A DNA stretch of 36,841 nucleotides from a bacterium (GTDB lineage Bacteria; Margulisbacteria; WOR-1; O2-12-FULL-45-9; XYB2-FULL-48-7). The translations under genes were made by a program, and so were the position numbers. The DNA is taken from positions 1 through 36,841 of the forward strand of contig JBDRLW010000012.1 in NCBI GenBank assembly GCA_043812655.1, read 5' to 3'. Positions 9,323-17,299 of this stretch are shown here, one piece after another. Position 1 is the stretch's first letter; each line of letters starts with the position of its first letter. The notes beneath the pieces are model-generated. The model had not been told where the DNA came from, searched no databases, and was given only the letters and a program-made list of their open reading frames with translations.

Positions 9323-9928
9323 ATGCTCATTACTTTTGAAGGGCCGGAGGGCTGCGGTAAATCAACCCAGTCTAAAATATTAAAAACCTTTCTGGAAGGG
9401 AAGGGAAAAAAAGTTTTATTGACCCAGGAGCCGGGCGGGACCCCGTTGGGCAAAGAGCTCCGTAAAATGCTCCTGCAACCGGACAATGTACTAGATAATA
9501 CGACCGAAATTTATCTTTTTGCCGCTGACCGGTCGGAGCACGTCAGTAAAATCATTTTGCCGGCTTTAGCCGAAGGGCAGATAGTTATTTGTGATCGATA
9601 TATCGATTCCACGATAGCTTATCAGATCGGAGGCCGAGGTTTGCCGGAAGACCTGGTCCGCTATGTGAACATGATCTCCTCCAAAGGTTTGCTGCCCGAC
9701 CTCACGATCCTGCTCGACGTCTCTCCGGAGATCGGGTTAAAACGAGCGGCCGGCAAAGGGGCCGCCGACCGGTTCGAGGGTGAAAAGATCGCTTTCCACC
9801 AAAAAGTCCGGGCTAAATACTTGGAAATTGCCAAGGAAAACAAAGCCAGGATCAAGGTCATTAATACCGATGCGGCTTCGATCGAAGAAGTCCAGAACAA
9901 GATCAGGAGTTATTTAAATGAAAAGTAG
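9323..9928 (+). CDS. tmk: Thymidylate kinase
   Basis: ITFEGPEGCGKSTQ P-loop, EPGGT, LFAADR, DRYIDSTIAYQ and PDLTILLD motifs. Confidence 0.98.
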   Translation: MLITFEGPEGCGKSTQSKILKTFLEGKGKKVLLTQEPGGTPLGKELRKMLLQPDNVLDNTTEIYLFAADRSEHVSKIILPALAEGQIVICDRYIDSTIAYQIGGRGLPEDLVRYVNMISSKGLLPDLTILLDVSPEIGLKRAAGKGAADRFEGEKIAFHQKVRAKYLEIAKENKARIKVINTDAASIEEVQNKIRSYLNEK

Positions 9929-12605
9929 GGAGATCAGGGAAAAATATTTAAACTTTTTTGCGGGCAAAGGGCACACCATCTTGCCAGGATCTTCGCTCGT
10001 TCCCAGCGATCCCACCGTCTTGTTAACGCTGGCCGGGATGCTCCAATTCAAGCCGATATTCTTGGGCCAAGAAAGGCCAAAACACCGCCGGGCCACGACC
10101 GTCCAAAAATGCATCCGGATGATCGACGTTGAACAGGTCGGCCAGACCAAGCGGCACCACACTTTTTTTGAGATGCTCGGCAACTTTTCTTTTGGCGATT
10201 ATTTTAAAAGCGAAGCGATCCAATTTGCCTGGGAACTTTTAACCAAGGAATTTAATATCCCGGTGACAAAACTTAAGATCGCCATTTACGAAAAAGATGA
10301 CGAAGCCTTTGAGCTCTGGAATAAAGCGATCGGCCTGCCCAAAGAGATCATTTACCGTTTGGGCGAAGATAACAATTTCTGGTCGGCGGGACCGACCGGC
10401 CCCTGCGGCCCTTGCTCCGAGATCTATTACGATCTGGGGCCAGAGCACGGTTGCGGCAAACCAGATTGCGCTCCCGGCTGCGATTGCGACCGCTTCCTGG
10501 AGATCTGGAACCTGGTCTTTATCCAATATGACCGGAATGAAAAGGGCGAATTGATCCCGTTAAAACAAAAAGGGATCGATACCGGGATGGGGCTTGAACG
10601 GATCACCGCGGTCCTGCAAGGAGTAAGCGATAATTTTGAGACCGACATTTTCACGCCGTTATTAAACGAAGTCGGGGCTTTAGCCAAAAACCATGATATG
10701 ACCGCGGCCAAGATCATTGCCGACCATTCGCGGGCGATCACCCACTTAATTGCCGATGGCGTTTCCCCTTCTAACGGGGGAAGGGGCTATGTCCTTAGGC
10801 GCTTGATCCGGCGAGCCGTCTCCTTTGGGAAAAAACTGGGTATTGATAAACCTTTTATCCATAACTTAGCCCACAAGGTCGTCGAAATGATGGGGGAAGC
10901 TTATCCAAACCTCAAAGAAAAGGAAACGCAGATCTCCGCGGTAATCCTGGAAGAAGAGCAGAACTTTTTTGCCACTTTAGAACAAGGGCTGAAATGGTTT
11001 GGGGAGATCGTAGGAAAAGGGACAAAAACCATCTCGGGAGAAGACGCCTTCAAGCTCCACGACACTTACGGTTTTCCGCTCGATCTAACTGTTGAGCTAG
11101 CGGGAGAAAAGGGGCTGGAAGTCGACAAAGCCGGTTTTGAAAAAGCGATGGCCGGACAAAAAGAGCGGGCCAGAAGATCGGGTTTGGCCGCTGAAAAAAA
11201 GAATACGCTTAGCCATCTGGACCTGTCACATTGCAAGCCCACCCGTTTTGACGGCTACGAAAAAACAGCCGAAGAGGCCAAAGTATCCGCTTTTTTTCCG
11301 GAAGAAAAATTAGTCGCGCTTGACCATACTCCTTTTTACGGCGAAAGCGGCGGGCAATGCGGCGATACCGGGCTCTTCTCTTTTGACCATCAGGAACTTA
11401 TCGTTTCCAACACTTTTATCTCTCCCAAGGGCGTTTTTCTCCACCAGGTTGATAAGACCGGCGACTTAAAAGTCGGGGCCAAGATTAAAGCGACGATCGA
11501 CGCGGCTAAAAGGAAAAACATAGAAGCCCACCACACTGCGACCCATTTATTACAAAAAGCGCTGCGCGAAGTCTTAGGCGATCAAGTTAAACAAGCCGGC
11601 TCGGCCGTTGGGCCGGATAAGCTCCGTTTTGACTTTAATCATTTCCACGCTTTAAGCGCCGGCGAACTCCAGAAGATCGAGGAGATCGTCAACCAAAAGA
11701 TCAAAGAAAAAATAAAAGTCGATGTCCTGCAGAGATCTTATAAGGAAGCGCTGGAGCTGGGCGCGACCGCCCTTTTTGGCGAAAAATACGGTGATAAGGT
11801 CAGGGTGATCAAGATCGACAATTATAGCCTGGAGCTTTGCGGCGGAACTCATGTTAAGAACACCGCTGATATCGTTTTCTTTAAAATATTATCGGAAGGG
11901 ACCTTAGGCTCTGGTATTCGCCGGATCGAAGCGATCGCCGGCCAGCCGGCCAAAGTCGCGATCATCTACCAAGCCAAAGCCTTGCAGGAGGAAGTTGAAA
12001 AGCTCCTTAACCAATACCGCAAACTGCAAAGCGTTAAAGGATCTTTGGGCGGGACCAAAGTTTCGGAAACTAATATTTTTGAGATCGAAGTGACCGAACT
12101 AGAAAGCATTGGCAAGGCGGTTGACGACCATGATCCGGTCATTGTTAATAAATTTTTAGACCATCTTAGCGGCCGGGTCGACTGGCTGAAAGAACGGGTG
12201 GCCAAGGCGGAAAAAGAAGTCGAATCCCTAAAAGCCAAAAATGCCGGTTCACAGGCCCAATCATTTTTAGCTGAAATAAAAGAGCTGGGCGGAAAAAAAG
12301 TTTTGCTCAAAACCGTGGACGGCTTGCCGATGAATCTTCTGCGCTCCATGGCCGATACCCTTCAGACTCAAATGAAAACTGGCGTCATCGTCCTAGTTTC
12401 AATTTTGCCGGAACGCTTGATCTATCTTATCCTGGTCAGCGAAGACCTGGTCAAGCAAGGCCTCTCCGCCAAGAAGCTCGCCGAAGTTTTTGCTCCGATC
12501 GTTAGCGGCAAAGGGGGCGGGAAAGACGGGAAAGTCGAAGGCGGAGGCACAGGCATAGGAAAAATTGGGGAAGGGCTGGCCGCGATCGAGAAACTGCTCG
12601 CATGA
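9918..12605 (+). CDS. alaS: Alanine--tRNA ligase
   Basis: AGMLQFKP, RHHTFFEMLGNFSFGDYFK, GPCGPCSEIYYD, DTGMGLER, and editing motifs HTATH and ELCGGTH. Confidence 0.99.
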   Translation: MKSREIREKYLNFFAGKGHTILPGSSLVPSDPTVLLTLAGMLQFKPIFLGQERPKHRRATTVQKCIRMIDVEQVGQTKRHHTFFEMLGNFSFGDYFKSEAIQFAWELLTKEFNIPVTKLKIAIYEKDDEAFELWNKAIGLPKEIIYRLGEDNNFWSAGPTGPCGPCSEIYYDLGPEHGCGKPDCAPGCDCDRFLEIWNLVFIQYDRNEKGELIPLKQKGIDTGMGLERITAVLQGVSDNFETDIFTPLLNEVGALAKNHDMTAAKIIADHSRAITHLIADGVSPSNGGRGYVLRRLIRRAVSFGKKLGIDKPFIHNLAHKVVEMMGEAYPNLKEKETQISAVILEEEQNFFATLEQGLKWFGEIVGKGTKTISGEDAFKLHDTYGFPLDLTVELAGEKGLEVDKAGFEKAMAGQKERARRSGLAAEKKNTLSHLDLSHCKPTRFDGYEKTAEEAKVSAFFPEEKLVALDHTPFYGESGGQCGDTGLFSFDHQELIVSNTFISPKGVFLHQVDKTGDLKVGAKIKATIDAAKRKNIEAHHTATHLLQKALREVLGDQVKQAGSAVGPDKLRFDFNHFHALSAGELQKIEEIVNQKIKEKIKVDVLQRSYKEALELGATALFGEKYGDKVRVIKIDNYSLELCGGTHVKNTADIVFFKILSEGTLGSGIRRIEAIAGQPAKVAIIYQAKALQEEVEKLLNQYRKLQSVKGSLGGTKVSETNIFEIEVTELESIGKAVDDHDPVIVNKFLDHLSGRVDWLKERVAKAEKEVESLKAKNAGSQAQSFLAEIKELGGKKVLLKTVDGLPMNLLRSMADTLQTQMKTGVIVLVSILPERLIYLILVSEDLVKQGLSAKKLAEVFAPIVSGKGGGKDGKVEGGGTGIGKIGEGLAAIEKLLA

Positions 12606-13000
12606 GGATCATCGGCCTTGATTATGGGGATAAAAGGATCGGCGTTGCCGTTTCTGACCTGCTTGAGATCATCGCCAGTGGAGTGACCGCCGTTGCCAAC
12701 CTCGCTGAATTGAAAAAAGTCATTGATAATTACACTGACGTTAAGGAGATCGTTGTTGGCCTGCCCAAAAAACTTGATGGCTCGCTCGGTATCCAGGCCG
12801 AGAAGACAAACGCCTTTATCGAAGAACTTAAGAAGATCGTTAACTATAAGATCGTCACCTGGGACGAACGGTTAACCACCTCGCAAGCGGAGCGGGGGAT
12901 GATCGCAGCCGGGCTGTCACGGGCCAAGCGGAAGAAAGTGATCGACCAGTCAGCCGCCGCGATCATTTTGCAAAGTTATCTTGATTGCCGAAAAAAATAA
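12602..13000 (+). CDS. ruvX: YqgF/RuvX family nuclease (pre-16S rRNA processing)
   Basis: GLDYGDKRIGVAVSD, VVGLP, WDERLTT and ID..AAAIILQSYLD motifs; canonical alaS-ruvX-mltG order. Confidence 0.97.
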   Translation: MRIIGLDYGDKRIGVAVSDLLEIIASGVTAVANLAELKKVIDNYTDVKEIVVGLPKKLDGSLGIQAEKTNAFIEELKKIVNYKIVTWDERLTTSQAERGMIAAGLSRAKRKKVIDQSAAAIILQSYLDCRKK

Positions 13001-13006
13001 CTGGAC

Positions 13007-13036
13007 TGGAACCTGCGACTGAAAGTCGCGGTTCCA
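13007..13036 (+). repeat. REP-like bulged hairpin, copy A
   Basis: TGGAACC-T-GCGACT-GAA-AGTCGC-GGTTCCA; nearly identical to 32118-32147. Confidence 0.9.
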
Positions 13037-13043
13037 ATTGGTA

Positions 13044-14039
13044 ATGAAATATATAAATATAATTTTAATAGTTTTATTAGTGTTTTTTACCATGTTGATT
13101 TGGCCAGCCAACCCCTTTGACCTCTCAACCAAAAAAATCAAGATCGAGCCGGGAAGTTCGGCCAAAAAGATCCAAGCGGTTTTGGTCTCTAATAATATCT
13201 TGCCAAAATTCACCCCGTTCCGTTATGTTGTCCGCTTAATTCGCGTCGGCAACAGCATTAAGGCCGGAGAATATCGCTTTTCCCCGTCAGACAACTTATT
13301 CAAGATCATTTTTCCCTTGACCCAAGGGACTATTATACCGGTCGAGAATAAGAAAGTTACTTTTCCGGAAGGGACTTCGATCTATAAGATGGGCTTGATC
13401 TTAAAAGAGAACGGTTTTAGCAACTGGAGAAAATTCCAGGGTTTGGTCGACCAGGGGATCACCGCGCCGCGGCGCGAACGCCATTGGACGATCTTTAAAT
13501 ATATCCCGTCAGAATCGCTGGAAGGCTATTTATTCCCAGATACATACCAGTTCTCAATCGAGTCTACCAACGAGGTGATGATCGAAGCGATGCTAAAACG
13601 GTTTGAAGAGGTTGTTCTCCCATTCTGGAAAACATCAAGCAAAGAGACTAAAATGACCCTGCACGAAATCATCACCCTGGCTTCGATCGTGGAAAAAGAG
13701 GCCAAGAAGCCGGAGGAACGCCCGATCATCGCTTCGGTCTTTTATAACCGCTTGAAAAAGGGGATGCCGCTGGCCGCCGATCCTACTATTAAATACGCGC
13801 TGGAGCGCCCGAGCAAGAGGGTTTATTTCGACCAATTGGAAGTTAATTCGCCTTACAATACATATAAGAGAAAAGGCTTGCCGCCAGGACCGATCTGCAA
13901 TCCTGGTTTTGACTCAATTAAAGCAGCCGTTTATCCAGCCAAAACCAATTATTTCTTCTTTGTGGCAAAAAAAGATGGTTCGCATACATTCTCGAAAACT
14001 TGGGGTGAGCATCAGAAGGCGAGGGGGAAGAATAAATAG
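13044..14039 (+). CDS. mltG: Endolytic transglycosylase MltG
   Basis: N-terminal TM helix, IKAGEY, VTFPEG, LEGYLFPDTY, LASIVEKE and SPYNTY..GLPPGPICNPG motifs. Confidence 0.97.
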   Translation: MKYINIILIVLLVFFTMLIWPANPFDLSTKKIKIEPGSSAKKIQAVLVSNNILPKFTPFRYVVRLIRVGNSIKAGEYRFSPSDNLFKIIFPLTQGTIIPVENKKVTFPEGTSIYKMGLILKENGFSNWRKFQGLVDQGITAPRRERHWTIFKYIPSESLEGYLFPDTYQFSIESTNEVMIEAMLKRFEEVVLPFWKTSSKETKMTLHEIITLASIVEKEAKKPEERPIIASVFYNRLKKGMPLAADPTIKYALERPSKRVYFDQLEVNSPYNTYKRKGLPPGPICNPGFDSIKAAVYPAKTNYFFFVAKKDGSHTFSKTWGEHQKARGKNK

Positions 14040-14069
14040 TTTGTAAGTTTGTTAGTTGGTTAGTTAGAT
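14038..14069 (+). repeat. Degenerate octamer tandem repeat at a convergent gene junction
   Basis: AGTTTGTA AGTTTGTT AGTTGGTT AGTTAGAT; the first unit overlaps the mltG TAG. Confidence 0.6.
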
Positions 14070-14085
14070 AAATTATTTTGTTTTT

Positions 14086-15222
14086 TTATTGAATCCCATC
14101 AAATGTTAATTTTGGATCGATCAATTCCTTATCTCCCATACTATCAGGTTCGATTTTTTGCTGCCAGATTGTGAAGGCTTCATCGAGTAAGCTTTGAGAG
14201 ACTACTGGTTTACCAGATTGTTCAGACATCCAGGTGCTGGCAATAGCTACCTTGGTAGCAGCTAGGAATCTTTTAACAATTTTCGCTGATTGAGAATATG
14301 GTTTGCCATCAATGTTGATAACCGAAACAACTGCCCGAGGATCGGCGTTGAATTCCATAAAGATCTTTTGGGCCAGGGGTAAGGCGAGGGTGGGATCATT
14401 ATTAGCTTCACTGACTATTTCTTTACTTATATTCATAGTCTCAGCCGTATAATACAACTGGCGGAATACCCAATATTGCTGATAACTCTTTCTAACTATT
14501 GCTAATTGCTTTTGAAACTCTTTCTCTCCACTTTTTTTAACTACTAAATTTTTGATATTTTCCCTGGGAACGCCGAACGTAAACGATCCCACACCGCTAT
14601 TTCGGTCACCCCAAGCGTTAAGCTTTATCCAAGAATTAGCCATTTTTTCTTTATCGCGATGAAAAAGGTAATCCGCGGCCGCTAAATACGCCTCGGCTTC
14701 GGAGGTCATTTGGCTAATAGTCCTTTTTTTATAATCTTGGCTTGCATGAAATAATTCGTGAATGATATACTCCTCATAAAACTGACCTCCGAGCTGCATC
14801 CCGGGAGTTAAATTGAGTTTTAAGTTATTTGATTGTGGTAAATATTCCGCGTTACTTTCGTGGCTCAAGCGATCATTACTTTCAGCTATCACCTTTATCT
14901 TCCCTTTTCTCAATAAACTCACCATCGTCTGCTGAAATTCCTGGTAGCGAGGGGATAACAAATGCTTTTTCTGCGTCTTTTTCAGTAAAGCATAAGTCCA
15001 AAGTTGATTAACGCCTTCACCTTTGACTCCGACAGAAAGAACTTCCTTGATCTCACTATTAGTCAATCTCGCACTTTCAATTAATTCCTTAAAATAAGTA
15101 AAGTCAGGATAGCCAACAACCGGATTAGCGGTTATATAATCATAAATTAAATCCGTTCCTTGTTTTGCCGCTGGTGGTTTAGCGCTTTTCCCAGGTTCAA
15201 TCGGTGAAAATGTAACTGGCAT
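14086..15222 (-). CDS. Hypothetical protein with zincin-type HExxH metallopeptidase motif
   Basis: IIHELFHASQ followed about 15 residues later by EAEAY; no classical signal peptide. Confidence 0.75.
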   Translation of the reverse strand: MPVTFSPIEPGKSAKPPAAKQGTDLIYDYITANPVVGYPDFTYFKELIESARLTNSEIKEVLSVGVKGEGVNQLWTYALLKKTQKKHLLSPRYQEFQQTMVSLLRKGKIKVIAESNDRLSHESNAEYLPQSNNLKLNLTPGMQLGGQFYEEYIIHELFHASQDYKKRTISQMTSEAEAYLAAADYLFHRDKEKMANSWIKLNAWGDRNSGVGSFTFGVPRENIKNLVVKKSGEKEFQKQLAIVRKSYQQYWVFRQLYYTAETMNISKEIVSEANNDPTLALPLAQKIFMEFNADPRAVVSVINIDGKPYSQSAKIVKRFLAATKVAIASTWMSEQSGKPVVSQSLLDEAFTIWQQKIEPDSMGDKELIDPKLTFDGIQ

Positions 15223-15231
15223 AGTAATTCT

Positions 15232-15260
15232 TTATCTGCAGTTCAATAATAAAATTTCAC
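15232..15260 (-). promoter_or_regulatory. Candidate alternative-sigma (sigma-28-like) promoter GTGAAATTT-N12-GCAGATAA
   Basis: Matches the motif at 1852-1880; ends 9 nt before the ATG of the zincin gene, which has no Shine-Dalgarno. Confidence 0.5.
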
Positions 15261-15289
15261 TTGACTTGGAAATAGGCGAGGGTTACTAT
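15261..15289 (+). promoter_or_regulatory. Sigma-70-type promoter TTGACT-N17-TACTAT
   Basis: Near-consensus hexamers with a 17-nt spacer; homologous to 17262-17290. Confidence 0.7.
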
Positions 15290-15343
15290 ATGAGCAGATG
15301 AATTTTTCGAAATCCGGTTAGCCGGAAAAAGGAGTTGGGGAAA

Positions 15344-17149
15344 ATGAAAAGAACAATAGTTTTGGGATTGGCTTTAGGGTTAATTTTATCTTTTCCAGGT
15401 TTAGGGAGGGCAGACGAAGGAACGTGGCAACCAGTCGGTGTAAATGTAATTCAAAATATACGAAGTTTAACTTATGATAAAACCAATAATATTGTTTATG
15501 CGTCAGGCACCATAAACAATAGTAATTCTAGTGGACTAGCAAAATTAAATGGTGGAAATTGGTCGGTTTTTGAGTCGAATATTGATGGTTGGGTTAATGT
15601 TCTTAAAACAGATCAATCTGGAAATTTATATGCTGGAGGAAGATTTCTTACTATTGGTGGAACAAGAGCAAATAGTATTGCAAAGTGGAATGGAAGTAGC
15701 TGGTCAGTGTTTGGAACAAGCGCTGGTGAGGGAGTGGAAAAAGAACTAACTGATCCAAGGGGTCAATATAGACCTGGTGACGTAACAGCTTTAGCGGTTG
15801 ATAATGATGGAAATGTATATATCGGTGGTTCTTTTAGCAGAGCAGGTGGTGGCATGGGAACCCCTATAGGGTCTGCGCAAACTCAAAATATTGCTTGCTG
15901 GTTTCCAGCCTTAAATAAATGGCAGCAATATCCTTCTTTTGTCATCTGGAATGGCGAGAACATTAGAGCTATTCATATTGATTCGTCTACCACCAACCCC
16001 TACCATGCAATTAATAATATTCGCAATACTTATTATGCTGCAGGAAGCTTTGGCCAAACACTGGGATATAATGGGATAGTTAGGCACAATACTTATGATC
16101 ATGGCACGTTGGGCTCAGGAATAATTGGTTCAGTCTCAGCGTTAGTATCTGATCCATCAGGGAACTTATTTGTAGGGGGAGATTTTTCCTTACCTAACAG
16201 GACAGATGTTAAAAATGTTGCAAAATGGCAACCAAATGCGTTATGGGTTAATTTAGGAGCTGGTCTAAATTTTAATGTCTATGCTTTAACACTTGATAAT
16301 AATGGAACTTTATATGCGGCAGGATTTTGTAATAATTCTGCGATTGCTTATAAATTTAACGGAAGTGACTGGGTTCCTCTTGGCCTTCAAGAATATTCCG
16401 GTCAAGTTAACAGCTTAGTGGTTGACGACGCTGGAAATATTTATGCGGGAGGATTCTTTAAAAAGCCAAACGAGTCAAAATACACTTATATAGCCAAATG
16501 GGCTCCAGGCACAGCCACCGTCCCAGCTCCCACCTCAATTACCCTTCTTTCCCCCAATGGAGGGGAAACTTTAACCGCTGGCAGTACATATAATATTACC
16601 TGGACACCAACAACCGGTTGGCCAGCAGATGCAACAGTTACCCTTGATTATTCCATAAATGGGGGAGCAAGTTGGGTTTATTTCGCAAAAAGGATTCCAG
16701 CTTCTTCCGGCAGTTATGCTTGGACAGTCCCAGCCATCTCGTCGACTAATTGTAAAATAAGAATTAGCGCGTTGGGAACGAGTGGGGATGTATCGAATAA
16801 TGTTTTTACTATCCGAGGGGCAACCACAAGTAAGACATCTTCAACTATCCCTCCAACAACCAATTTGACAATAACCTCAATGCCAACAAAGCCGCCGCTA
16901 GCATTAGCTGGCAGGAGTTATAAAATAACCTTTACCGCAAGTGGTGGAACATTCGGAACTGCCTCAAGTTGGACTGGGAATTGGCCTAGTTGGTTAAGCA
17001 AATCTTCAAAAGGATTGAAATCTGTCTGCACTCTAAGTTGCAGCAGGGTGCCGATTACTGCTTCCGGAAAAGCTTATAAGTTTACCGTAAAAGCGACGGA
17101 TGATAATGGCCTTGTTGGCGAAAAGGTTTACTCTTTTAGAGTAAAATAG
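15344..17149 (+). CDS. Secreted beta-propeller protein with Ser/Thr-rich Ig-like domain and C-terminal Ig-like domain
   Basis: Signal peptide MKRTIVLGLALGLILSFPGLGRA; repeated V.AL..D..GNLY.GG.F...IAKW blades; ITLLSPNGGETLTAGSTYNITW domain; T/P linker; C-terminal domain homologous to that of the next gene. ATG at 15344 follows AAGGAG. Confidence 0.85.
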   Translation: MKRTIVLGLALGLILSFPGLGRADEGTWQPVGVNVIQNIRSLTYDKTNNIVYASGTINNSNSSGLAKLNGGNWSVFESNIDGWVNVLKTDQSGNLYAGGRFLTIGGTRANSIAKWNGSSWSVFGTSAGEGVEKELTDPRGQYRPGDVTALAVDNDGNVYIGGSFSRAGGGMGTPIGSAQTQNIACWFPALNKWQQYPSFVIWNGENIRAIHIDSSTTNPYHAINNIRNTYYAAGSFGQTLGYNGIVRHNTYDHGTLGSGIIGSVSALVSDPSGNLFVGGDFSLPNRTDVKNVAKWQPNALWVNLGAGLNFNVYALTLDNNGTLYAAGFCNNSAIAYKFNGSDWVPLGLQEYSGQVNSLVVDDAGNIYAGGFFKKPNESKYTYIAKWAPGTATVPAPTSITLLSPNGGETLTAGSTYNITWTPTTGWPADATVTLDYSINGGASWVYFAKRIPASSGSYAWTVPAISSTNCKIRISALGTSGDVSNNVFTIRGATTSKTSSTIPPTTNLTITSMPTKPPLALAGRSYKITFTASGGTFGTASSWTGNWPSWLSKSSKGLKSVCTLSCSRVPITASGKAYKFTVKATDDNGLVGEKVYSFRVK

Positions 17150-17167
17150 GCCCGGACGGTTTCGATG

Positions 17168-17214
17168 TTTGAGCGTTGAGCGTAGGGATGTGATTCCTAC
17201 GTTCAACGTTCGAA
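17168..17214 (+). other. 22-bp hairpin built from inverted heptamer repeats, between the two secreted-protein genes
   Basis: TTTGAGCGTTGAGCGTAGGGAT-GTG-ATTCCTACGTTCAACGTTCGAA; all 4 non-Watson-Crick pairs are G:U on the plus strand. Confidence 0.75.
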
Positions 17215-17261
17215 GTTCAACTATCGACTTTCTTTAGTCTATTCCCTCAACAATATTTCAC

Positions 17262-17290
17262 TTGACGCATAAATAGGTCGGGAGTAACAT
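17262..17290 (+). promoter_or_regulatory. Sigma-70-type promoter TTGACG-N17-TAACAT
   Basis: Shares ATTTCACTTGAC-N4-AAATAGG with the promoter at 15254-15289; the -10 ends 9 nt before the ATG. Confidence 0.6.
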
Positions 17291-17299
17291 ATAAATATA

